Assembly: GCA_964247055.1 (NCBI GenBank)
Contig: OZ176052.1
Location: forward strand, 10,416,001 to 10,480,000
DNA: 64,000 nt
DNA from: Paragordius varius
Taxonomy: Eukaryota; Animalia; Nematomorpha
Direction of reading: 5' to 3'
The notes under the pieces: generated by a model
Databases searched by the model: none
What the model saw: the letters and a program-made list of their open reading frames with translations, nothing else
Told to the model about the DNA's origin: nothing
Part shown: in pieces, positions 49,376 through 60,773 of the stretch
Position numbering within the stretch: position 1 is the first letter of the stretch
Layout of the letters: every line of letters starts with the position of its first letter
Program-made: the position numbers and the translations under genes

Positions 49376-51960
49376 AAGAGAACCGGACCGGCTTCCGCCG
49401 AATTCTCTCGGGGTAACGACGCTCGTGCGGATTTACATTGATATTGTCATTATTGTTATTACTGTTATCATTACTACTTTCATTATTATTATCATTTATT
49501 TTATCATTATTACTACTATTGTTATTATTATCAATACTACTACCATTATTATTATTGTTATTGTCTTTATTACTATCATTACTATTGTTTGGAGTAACCG
49601 GTGCGGGTGAGTTGGCCGGTAGGTCTACGTGTTTCAACTGATCTGCATGCTTTCTGACAATCTTCTGGTTTACCTGATCCCACACACTGTACGAAAGGAG
49701 ACCCGTTCTATCAACAACATCGCCGGCTCGCCATCCAAAATTTTGTTCGTTTCTCATCATTACGGGTTGGTTTATTGAGAATTCACGGCGTGGACGGGGT
49801 GCGTCTAAGATTGTTGCTTTTGTGTTGATCCAGGTGAGGGGTGTTTGAGATACTCGTTTGAAGAGTAGTTGAAACGGGGTTTCTTTTGTAGTCGCATGTA
49901 TTGAATTACGATACGACCATAGAGTGGTATTGAAGGCTTCTTGTGGTGAAATATTATCATTTTTGATTTTTCTATACTTGCCCTTGAGGGTCCCAACTAA
50001 CCTTTCTACCATCCCATTACTTTAAGGATGATAGGGGGTTACTCTCACGTGTTTAATACCCAAGTTTGTTAAAGTGGATGTGAAGTACGAATTACTAAAA
50101 TAAGAAGCATTATCACTAATTACCGTCCTCGGAAACCCAAACCTGGCAAAGGTTTCCTCGAGTTTATGCAATATGTTTACCGAATTAACCCGTTTTAACA
50201 TGAACCCTTCCGACCATTTTGATGAGCTATCAATCAATAACAACCAATAATACCCGTCAACTGGTCCCGCTATATCGATGTGTAACCGCTCCCATATCGC
50301 AGCATTTGGATCCCATTGATAAGTCGGATTTTCACCTAGGCTTGGCTTGTTTACTTGACATGAACTACACTCACTGTATCTTCTTACCAAATCGTTCTCT
50401 AATTTTGGCCAAAAACAGGTAAACCTTGCCATTGCTTTCATTGTTTCTACATTATTATGCCCGCTGTGTAAGTAATTGACCACATTTGCCTGTAAGCTTT
50501 CTGGGATGATAATACGATCGTTTAAACTGAGCAATCCGTATTGGTACGAAATCTCTCCCTTCCGATTCGTAAACCCAGCCAACTCAACATCACTCCAATC
50601 TTGGTTATGAATCGCCTTAATTACTTTCTGCAAAATTTTATCCTTAACCGTTTCTCTCCGAATTTCATCGCGACTTAACTGAACGTTATGACAATTTAGG
50701 AACCTGAGATGTCTAGTTACCATGTAATCTCTATCGATTGTGTCAACATTATTATCACCGGGACATCTTGACAAGTAATCGGCTCTATTTTTCGGACCCG
50801 CCTGATAACTTAGTTCAAAATCATAATCATTCAAACGGTTAACCCATCTTAAAACTTTCGCATTTTGAATTTCTTTCAAATTTCTATCCCTATTTATTAA
50901 CCTAACAAGTGGTAAGTGGTCTGTCAAAATTTCAAACTTTCTACCATAAATGAAGTTGTGGAACTTTTCTAATGCAAAAACAATAGCCTTTAATTCCTTT
51001 TCTATCGTGGAGTAGTTTAATTCTGCGGTACTACATTTTCTTGAACCATAGGCAATAGGTTTCCTTTCACCATTTACAACATGACTTAGAATACATCCAA
51101 ACCCTATATCTGAGGCATCGGTTTCAATTACTAACTTTCTATCCGGATTGTATGGTGTTAAAAATACTTGTTCACTTAATAATTCCTTAGCGGCTTTCCA
51201 ACAATTCTCATGTTTTTCCGACCAGTTCCATCTGACGTTCTTACTTGTTAAACTATGTAAATCACTTACAATCAATTGAAGCTTGGGTATAAATCTTTCA
51301 TGGAATGTTAAAAATCCTAGAAAACTTCTTAAAGATTTTTTATCCACAGGTTTTTTAAAATCATTGATTGCTTTTACTTTATTCTTGCAAGGACTTATAC
51401 CTTTATTACTTATTTCAAATCCCAGATAACTTACTGAAGGTTCACCAATTTTTATTTTATCTTTTCTTAATCTAAAACCTGCTAATTCTAACCGATTTAA
51501 AACATTATTAAGATTTATTAAATGTTCCTGTTCAGATTTGCCAGTTACTAAAACATCATCTAAATATGCACAAGTGCCGGGACAATCTTTTATAACCTGG
51601 TCCATGACTCGTTGGAAAATTATTGGTCCTGTTGACAGTCCGAAAGGCATCCTTTTGTAGCGAAAAAATCCTTTGTGAGTCGCAATTGTCAAGAGATCTT
51701 GTGATTCTTTGGTTATGGGCATTTGTAGATAGGCATCTTTCAAGTCAATCTTAGTGAAAACTTGGCCTTCGCCAATCTTACTCACTAAATCATCAAACGT
51801 TGGAATGATATGAGAGTCCTCAGTGAGCCACTTGTTGATGGTAACTCTAAAATCGCTGCAAATTCTTACCTCTCCATTCGCTTTGAGCACATTAACGGTG
51901 GGCGTGGCCCATGTCAGAGGTGTAAGGTTGGGATCTATAGGCTCCAGAATTCTAACTTTT
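49374..51960 (-). pseudogene. pol (RT-RNaseH-integrase) with in-frame TAA at 50022-50024
   Basis: PYHP*SNGMVERLV is in frame; the motif PYHPQSNG implies a CAA-to-TAA change. WATP..V.K.NG.VRIC, PFGL, YLDDV, HIDIAGP and ISDNA are present. Confidence 0.92.
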
Positions 51961-53140
51961 GTAATCTTAGTAATTCATTTTCAGCTTTTGCTCTTAGGGG
52001 AAACGGTACTCGGCGGCAAGGCCAAACTTTGGGGGAGGCATTGGGTGCTATATGAATTGTAACTGGCTCAATGTAACAACCTAATTCTTCTTTAAATAGA
52101 TTAGGGAAATTTTCAATAATTTTATCAAGTTCAAGAAAGTTAATTCGTACTTTAGAAATGTCGATGTTAAATCTCGTGATCCAATCCAAGCCACAAATGA
52201 GCGGTGCCTTTGACATTTTTTCTTTCAATACGCAACATTGTGCGTTCCCCAAGTTTTGCCCATTGATTTGCACTGTGACTGTTGTTACGCCCAGTAGAGG
52301 TACTATGCTATTATTGTAGGCTTTTACTGGCTTTATGGGTCTAATATTTGGCTTGCCAACTTGTTTCCAGATGTCAAAGCTGATAACACTGATGTCAGCT
52401 CCAGTATCATAGATAAACGTTTGTTCTGTCTTATTTATCATTATTTTTACGGTCCATGGTGAGGCTGGCATTGCTTTTCTATGGATCTGGCGGTTGAACA
52501 AATTTTTGGCAGTGTTTTTTGATCTACACATTTTTGCGAAGTGATGAGGTTTTCCGCATTTATTGCAATTGCGGTTCCAGGCAGGACATTTGTTTGGTCC
52601 ATGGCTATTACCACAACGATTGCACGAATGTGTTAGGGGTTTTGCTGTTGGCTGTCGTGAACGCATGGCCTTGTTATTATTATTGGTGTGTTGTAATCGA
52701 TTTAAATTATTACCATTGTTATAATTGGTATTATCATTATTGTTATGAAGGCCAGCCCTGGCAACCTCGTGTGCTAGTGCGAGATCCACTATCGTTTCTA
52801 GAGGCACGGGTTGTCCGTTGATCTCGGCATCGGGATACCTTGAATGTATGTCAATTTCCAATTGTGGTTGCCGTAACCCAATGACGAAGGCATCCCGAAT
52901 CCGTTCCTCTATTGAATCCTTAAATTTTGCCTCTTCGGCTGCGATCTTTACCCGTTCTAGAAATTGGGTAAACGATTTGGTGTTGTTCCGCACAAGTCGA
53001 AAAAACTCAAATCTGCTTTGGAATTTTGACTTTGTGGGATTGAATACCTTTAAACCCGTTGCCATTATCTCGGTCCATTCTGCATCTTTTATCTTTTTCG
53101 GATAGAGTCGTTGGTTGATTTGCGTCCCACCATTAGACCT
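51935..53140 (-). pseudogene. gag-protease, N-terminally truncated, 1-bp deletion near 51952 shifts frame from pol
   Basis: RDAFVIGL, CNRCGNSHGPNKC..CNKCGKPHHFAKMC and YDTGADISVI are present. Adding one G restores KLGILEPID. The frame stays open upstream of the ATG at 53065 to ~53140. Confidence 0.88.
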
Positions 53141-53467
53141 TCAAAATTTAATGTTTAAATTTTTTATCGCGCAATTGAGGCGTTTTTGCATATATTTTAA
53201 GAAAACTAGATGTTTTTAGAGGAGAAAAAAATTGTGTCATTTGGAGCCCACGTCTAAGAATTAAATTTTTTAAAAAAAATAATGTTTTGCTTTTTTGGGT
53301 AATTTATAATATATTTGATGAAATTTTTCGGAATGAAGCGCTTAGCTTTCACCAAAAAATATTATTTAATTTCTTATATGGAACATCTATATCATAAAAA
53401 TTTAATAACTTTCATATCTTTAAGCGCCAAAACCAAAAGCACCTAATCCTGATACATTTTCCCATAA

Positions 53468-53478
<11 letters not shown>

Positions 53479-53509
<31 letters not shown>
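53479..53509. repeat. (TA)n microsatellite directly after a foldback-family end
   Basis: atacattttcccataagaa followed by a TA run. Confidence 0.9.
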
Positions 53510-53512
<3 letters not shown>

Positions 53513-54479
53513 AGCAGGTCATTTTATTATACCCCTGGATTTTGAACGCAGTATTATAAATTTCTATTAAATCCGATTAAAATCTCTTTGTCTAAAATAA
53601 AAAAACAGGAAAGATGCCATTTCAACCATTGAAAGAATTGATTGAAAACATAATTCAAAATCTTAAAAAATTTATCTTTCAAAATATTATAGACAACAAT
53701 TGACTTTTATTAAGTGCCATTCTTGTAAATTTAAAATTTATTTCCTCACAGTACATAAATTAGTATATCTGAAAAAAATTGGTCTAATACTCAAGAATTT
53801 TTTATTTGAAAAGCGGAAAAACCATAATCTTTTGAATGGTAGTAAGTCATTTAAATTAAGATGATGCAGTTATTTGGCTTTATATGGTCCAAAATCAACC
53901 CATAAATAAGTCAAAAATTTTCACAAACAAATTAATCTAAAAATTAAATTTTAATAAAAATCTTTGAAAAAGGTTTTGTTTTGCTTTTTGAATAAAAATC
54001 ATTATTTTAAAATTATTTTAAATAGTTACTAAAATACATAGCAATAACTGTAATTTTTTACAAAATATATATATAAAATCAATACATTAAACTATATTTT
54101 TAGTCTTTTAAACAAAATTAATGATATGATGGTAAATCATTTAAAAACAAAATTAATTATGGCTGTTTGAAGGAAATAAAAGCAATAAATAAGTATTTTA
54201 ATCAAAAAAATTTCTTGTGATATCCTTTTTAAACATTCATTGCCATCTATACAATGTTTGACCTATTTTCATCCATAAGTTTTAAAATGATAAGAGAAAC
54301 GCTCTCGCTTGGGCTTGTCGCTTCCTGTGTGTGTAAAAATCTCTTTTTAACTTGTGGCTATCTTTGAACAAAGTTTCCGAAAATGAATTGACAAAATAAA
54401 TGCCAATATTTACAACAAACAAGGTGTTTGAATTGGGATCTAGGTTTATTAGAGGTGGAAACGGGTAAAAAACAATGAC

Positions 54480-54850
54480 TATTAAATATATTTATGGTAA
54501 AAACGGTTTTAATGGTGGTATTGGTTAACAAGCGCTGGGCGCAAAAAATTCCTTCTCAAGCTAAAGTGTGCAGAAAAGAAAACGAGTATCGTGTTAGTTT
54601 AATAAATTCATTATTTTAATTCTTACTCGCATTTGAGGCCTATATTGAATTTGAAGATATGCCAATTTAAAGGATGCGCCGATTATTGTCAAGACTGTTT
54701 CAAATTTTTAATATATTCGAAAATACCTCCCGAAAAATTGTTTGACCGGTAAAAATGGATGAAATTAGTCAAGAATGCATGAAAAAATAGGTATACAGAG
54801 GACTTGATATCACCTTGACAATCATGGCCAGATAACTTTCTTATGCGTGA
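54480..54850 (+). repeat. Unclassified dispersed repeat, second copy at ~25320-25690
   Basis: Shared blocks tggtattggttaa.aagc.ct.ggcgcaa, tatcgtgtta.tttaataaatt, gcgcc.attatt, atggccagata and tgcgtgaaattggatt. Confidence 0.65.
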
Positions 54851-55597
54851 AATTGGATTTTCCACAACAAGGCGATGAACGACTAAATTTTAGCAGAAAC
54901 CGATTTTATTAGATCTTACCGACGTTAATTCAAAAAGGGATTATTAATATTTTTGTTTAAAATACTATTTTTTTACTAATTTTGATAGAAATAAAATGAT
55001 ACGTTAGATTTTCGTTCCTGAAGCTAACATTGTCGTCCGACTTTAAATCATAGATCCAAACTAATAAATCTGTCTAAAGAATAATGCGTTGGCTATCCAC
55101 CATATATAGATGCTAATGAACGCATTAATGAAGGTGATGTATTAAAAACGATTTAATGATATTCGTTCAAAAAATAAGGAAATTACCAATTTAACTTAAT
55201 TTAAAAGTAGGCTATAATTTCCCAACATAGGTCTTTATTCCCTTGTGCTTCAATTATGTAGGGATCATATTAACAACTTAAATTTTATGAATTGCCGAAA
55301 TAAAAATGGCCCCACCATCCATCAATTCAAGTTTTTTTATATATTTTGTGTCTGTCAAATGAAGCATCAACTTTAATTATTTTTTTAAATTGAGTTTGAT
55401 TATGAAATATTTTAATTTAGGGTTTTTATAACTTAATATACAGCCAATTTGAAAACAATCCCGGATATGCGAGCATTTGATTACAATATAACATTCTCAG
55501 AATTTAATAGGTATTGGCGTTTTGCGGAAAATATCAAAGTTAACACTCTACAAATTTTTTATTCATATATATATATATATATTACAGGATTTATTAA

Positions 55598-56145
55598 CAC
55601 TTGGATATAACACATTTTTTTCAGTCCTTCTTATTGGGGTAGTTAGATACCTCAGGATTGTTTGAAATTAAATATTTTAAAAATTAAATTGAAACCATGG
55701 CAAAAGTTTGCACTTGTATAATATTAATGAACGGGAATATAATAAAAAATTAATGCAAAATACTAGATATTACTTTTTAGGGGTAAAACCCAAAGGTATA
55801 AATATAGCCAAAATGACATGTGTGCATAAGCTAAATATAAAATAAAGCAAAATATACCACTTTTTTTGTTTATTGCAATGTTAAATGTGATTTTAATAAA
55901 AATTAAATTTACAAATAAACACGAAATTTCGCAAAAATGTTGTAAAACAAAAATGGCGTCCAAGTAGTTTGATACGGAACTTATTTTCTAAAACTAAATT
56001 TTATTTAGATATTTTGGCTTATTTATATAATCTCATTAGGAAAGAAGCATAAATTTAATATGGAACCGTTACTTTTAGTAGTTTTTATAAATATTAACTT
56101 AAATTTTGTCTAAGGTATTTAGAGATCCCAATTTGAATCGAAGTG
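55598..56145 (+). mobile_element. piggyBac-like MITE, complete copy (548 bp)
   Basis: TTAA at 55594-55597 and 56146-56149; both family termini present. Confidence 0.88.
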
Positions 56146-56745
56146 TTAATATGGTGATTTTAACCGACCTGTAAAATATTAATATATTAATGATTGTAAT
56201 ATTACTCAAACATCAAAAACGAAGAACAACTATATAATTAATTATATAGCCAGACATCTGAAAGTCAAATCCCTGAAAGTATACTGAACAGAAAAAGATG
56301 TCAAATGATGAAAATTTACAATAATTCATAGCTTGCGACCATTAAATAACAAACTTAGACATAGGTACATTAAACGGACAATTGGCTAGAGTAGGAGGAG
56401 TTACTTTAATAATTTCAATGCCTATCTTTTAAATTAACCCGAATATTTTCGTATATTTTATATTATCTTAAGGTTTAAAAACATCAATCGCTTATAGTTA
56501 TAATTTTAGTCCTGAAGACAATTGTATCGAAGTATTTGGTATTCCATGAACTTTCATTTTATACAATTTAAATGAAATATCCATATTTACTATGATCCTT
56601 GGAAAACTAAATTAGTTTTTTTATTATCCAACTAATGCATAAGATTAAGTTTGTAGAAAGTAGAATAAATAAATATGATATAGTATTGCTATAAATTATA
56701 AAAAAATTGCGTGTTAATTTAATTAAACATATAAAATATATATTA

Positions 56746-57774
56746 TTATAGCCAATGTCTTTTACAGACTTTTTGACATTCAGCTTTGGTTGAAAATCTA
56801 TTTGAGTTTCCTTGGCAGCCTCCGTATATGAATGAGATGCATTTCCCAGCTTTGTGATTATAGTACCATTTGGGAATAGCCGCTCTACAGGGTCCCACTT
56901 CTTTAGGTAGTTTACATATCTTGTTTAAACTTTCAGTCAAACAAACGGCTAATGATATAATGTAATTAAAATTATGCAATAAATATTTTAACTACATTCG
57001 CGTGAATATTTTTAAACTAATTTAAGTTAAATTCCTACTTATAACTGTAGAAATGAATATACTTCAATAAAAAATTATACAGTTTTAAGTAGGGTGTCCA
57101 ACAAAAATGGCTTTGCGGGTTGCATCGAAAAAAATAAAACAATGGCCATCAATAAATATTTTGTCATGCGTCCGTAAAAAACGAACACAATATATACTAA
57201 AATTTGGTTTAATCCGTTGGCAAACGGAAAGATATATTTAGATTTGCCTATTTTCTATGTTTATTTTCAATATTAAGCTCTGATTCTAAATATTTTATAT
57301 TTTTCGTCCATAAAAATTTTGGTTGAATGATAACATGCCTTAAAGTACTAATAGTACTTTACGAAATCCAATTTAAGTGTAGTATGTGGTATATTAATTA
57401 AAAGCCTTAAATTAACCCTTTACAGAACAATTAATGGAGTTTATTAAACGAAGATATAATTCTAAATAAATAAAAAATTTGGTTTTCCAATTTTTAGCGG
57501 GCTTTACAAATTCTTAACCCCCGCTTGTTGTCCACCTCTGGTTTAAAGTCTAAAATCTCTTTTACTTTTTTATAAAAAACTATTAATTTGTATTTAAAAC
57601 CCTAAGACAAGGGGCGGATAGTAACGATAGATAAATTTGCAGTTTTTATATTTGAATTTTGGCACATTACATATATATAATCACTTTTTGAACAGAATTT
57701 ATATATTTAATGGAAAAATATTGATAAATGTTACCTGCTACCAAAATTAAAGATACAACATAAAATATATTCAT
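56746..57774 (-). CDS. Secreted single-domain BPTI/Kunitz protease inhibitor; exons 57774-57735 and 56948-56746; 80 aa
   Basis: Signal exon MNIFYVVSLILVA with phase-1 donor (gcag|gtaac) joins acceptor cattag|cc. Domain CKLPKEVGPCRAAIPKWYYNHKAGKCISFIYGGCQGNSNRFSTKAECQKVC has all six Cys plus YGGC and N.F motifs. Confidence 0.93.
57090..57540. mobile_element. hAT (Buster-like) MITE in the Kunitz intron (451 bp)
   Basis: Ends tagggtgtccaac / gttgtccacctctg. TSD gttttaag / gtttaaag (7/8). Confidence 0.7.
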
Positions 57775-59455
57775 GATAAGGAATAATTTTATACTTTTGT
57801 AGGAATAAAAAAATAATATTAAAATTTAATTTTCATCTATGATAAGTAAAACTAAACAGGATTTTATTACGAGACATGGTTCATTTGCCAAAATTAATTA
57901 CTCTTAACTTAACGCTTAGTTAAAAAACAGGATACTTCCAATTTAGATTAAAGCCAATTTTTTATGTAAAAACAAAATCTAATTGATATTGTAAATGAAA
58001 TTTGCTACTTTTATGGCTTTATATGTTAAATATGGCTAACATTTATCGACAGTAGATGGGAACAAACCCGGATACCTGCCATAAACATATTAGTTGATAA
58101 CTTACTAGTTGCCAATTAAAATTTTTATTCCGTTGTTTAATATATTGACTAATAACTATTAATCACCTAATTTCTTTCGAATATTTAAAAATAACGTAAA
58201 ATAAAGTTTTTACCAGATTAAATATCCTTTGATTAACTTAATGTTGTAAAAAATAAATACAAATATATGAACGGAACGATTGGTTATTTATGATAAAAAA
58301 CAATTCCAAACTAGATTCTGACAACTTAATTAAAAGTTAAATATATTCCAAGTCGATTAAAAGGTTATTAGCTGAGTGGCTGATTAAAAGTTGTTAATCA
58401 CCCTCGGATTTATAAATAAAAGTTAAAATATAAACAGGGAGTATACTATTTCCAGAAAACTTTATAGTCAATATTATCTTCAAAAAAATTTACTTATGGG
58501 ACGACTAAACTGAAAGACTATTTTAAAACGCACTAAATGATTCTAGGCGCATTATATAATGAATAATAATTCCCATTTTTCAATTTTAATGGACACCCGG
58601 GTTTCCGGATAATATAAAAGTCAATATTGATAAAATATTTTGGGGTAGTGCTAATAATATGCGCATTGATGAATGAAAAAAATATAATTTTTTCCTTTGA
58701 ATAAGTCCATACGTTTTCTGTGGAAACGTCTAAAGCCAACGTAAATATTTATATACAAAATATATATCAATAAATTTACTCAAAAGATTAATTTTTATAT
58801 TTATCATTAACCTTTTTAAGGTTTGAGCGCACCAGCGGCAACGCAACAACCTAACTAAATGCTAAACGAGCACAGCGTGCTCTCCATGTGTTTTGAAAGT
58901 AATTTAATTATACCCTTAATCCATTTATACCGTTTCTGGGATAAATAAAAATTGAGTGAGAGAGACAACTTGGGATTAAAATTTGGCGCAGAACAATATT
59001 AATCCACATTTGCCAAAAATACTATATTAAAAGTGGAAAACCTATAGGTAAAAAAATTAATTGTACATACAAAAAAATGAAAAAATTGAATGGACCTGAA
59101 ATAAATCTGAAAAAAGGAGTTAAATATTGAAACGGACCTCCACAATTTTTCATTAAATATAGGTTTGTATAAAAATTTTGGGTTTGATGGATAATAAATG
59201 GCAGTGCGGATATTAAGCGGGGAATTAGGGAAAGTATTTGCTTAACTACAACAGTTTTCTCTTTGCTGAATATGCTATTTGGCAGTAATTATTAATAACC
59301 TTCTAGCAATACATACTCACTCCTACTGTACTATACATTTATTTGCCTTTTGCATTAGTGATATATAAAAATTTGAAAACAATGGTGGCAAAAAAGTTTG
59401 AGGTAAGGATTCAAAAATTTTGCATTTTTTTAAAAAAAATTAGAATGTAAGTCAA

Positions 59456-59974
59456 CACTTCGATTTAAATTGGGTATCTAAATAGACTATATTTAAGTTG
59501 ATATTTAAAAATTACTGGACCAAACGGTAAATTCATGCTTCTATCTAATAAAAATTATTTAAATAAGCCGAAATATCAAAATAAAATCTTATGAAAAAAA
59601 GTTACATATCAAAATACTTCAACGCCATTTTTATTTTACAGCACTATAAATTTAAGGCTAAAATTTAAGCTAATTTTTTATTTAAATCACATCTATCATT
59701 GATAGAAACAGAAAAAGTGGTTTATTTTGTATTTTTTTATTTTACTAATGCACACATGTCATGATGACTAAATTTATCCTTTGGGTTTCATCTTAAAATA
59801 AGTTATATCAAGCATATTAATTTTTTTTATATTTTGGTTAATTGATGTTAAGCAAACATTTGCAATGGTTTTAATTACGTTTATAGTTTATGTAATAAAT
59901 TTCAAACAGGCCTGGGATATCTAACTACCTCAATTTGAATCAAAAAATTGAAATGAATGTGTTGTATCCATGTG
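59456..59974 (-). mobile_element. piggyBac-like MITE copy (degenerate TSD)
   Basis: Starts cacttcgatttaaattgggtatc, ends gttgtatccatgtg; colinear with copy 8957-9534. Confidence 0.8.
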
Positions 59975-60773
59975 AAGTCAAAAAAGCATATTTTCAAATT
60001 TAACTTAATACCTTAGAGCTTTTTTAAGGTTTTCCAGTTAAATAGGTTCTGGGATATAAAACTACCCCAATAATAGATTAAGGGGGTATTATCCCCCAGA
60101 GATATTTAAATATAAAAATCTCAAAAATTATTTTACGCTCTTTAGTCTTTAAAGACATGATAATCCTAAACATAAGGCGAAAATGGCATGATTGCGCTAT
60201 AAAATCTTAAAGATATGTTAAATCTTGACAAAATGCTTTTTCCCGAAAATTGGATGTTTTGCTTAAAAGTTAATTGATAGCAAAATTTTGGGGGAGCGAG
60301 TTTTATCCAACTTTGAAGCATTAAATTTTATAATTTAAGTTTTCATATAAAAAAATTCTATGTAGTTTACTGATCTAATCAGAATTTAAATTTAAAGATT
60401 CATATTTTCAAATTTAATACCTCTTTAATTTTAAAAGTATACACGATGAGATTTTGAGGGATTTCCACCCTAGTCCTAAGTATCTAGTAAACTCCTATTC
60501 TAATTAAAATTTAATTATCAAACCTTATATTGGATTAAAATATATGTATTACAGTATTTAATCCCAATTCGGATAGCACCAAAACAAGATTGAAACAAGC
60601 AGCTAAAAATCTATAATATTTAAAAATTTGCCGCATAAAATTTTAAAGCTTTACTAATACATGTCATAAAAGCGATTTAAAAAATCAGAGAAATCGAGGT
60701 GAGGATTTTTTTTCCGCTTTTGCACTTAAAAACTTTATTTTGGACGGGTCTATTTGATACCTTCGAAGCCATC

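Larger units (their letters stand above)
49070..53140 (-). mobile_element. Ty3/gypsy LTR retrotransposon, 5'-truncated, two inactivating lesions
   Basis: Domain order gag(CCHC)-PR(DTGA)-RT(YLDD)-RNaseH(ETDAS)-IN(HHCC, DDE), followed by a PPT and one LTR. Confidence 0.95.

Noticed and set aside
51935-51960. Programmed ribosomal frameshift between gag and pol
   Set aside because: No slippery heptamer; the shift is downstream of the protease inside the conserved GILEP motif and is fixed by one base.
49353-53105. Plus-strand ORFs over the gypsy element (poly-Ile, poly-Leu, 52519, 52818 etc.)
   Set aside because: Antisense frames of gag-pol; the hydrophobic runs are the complement of the AAT/AAC expansion.
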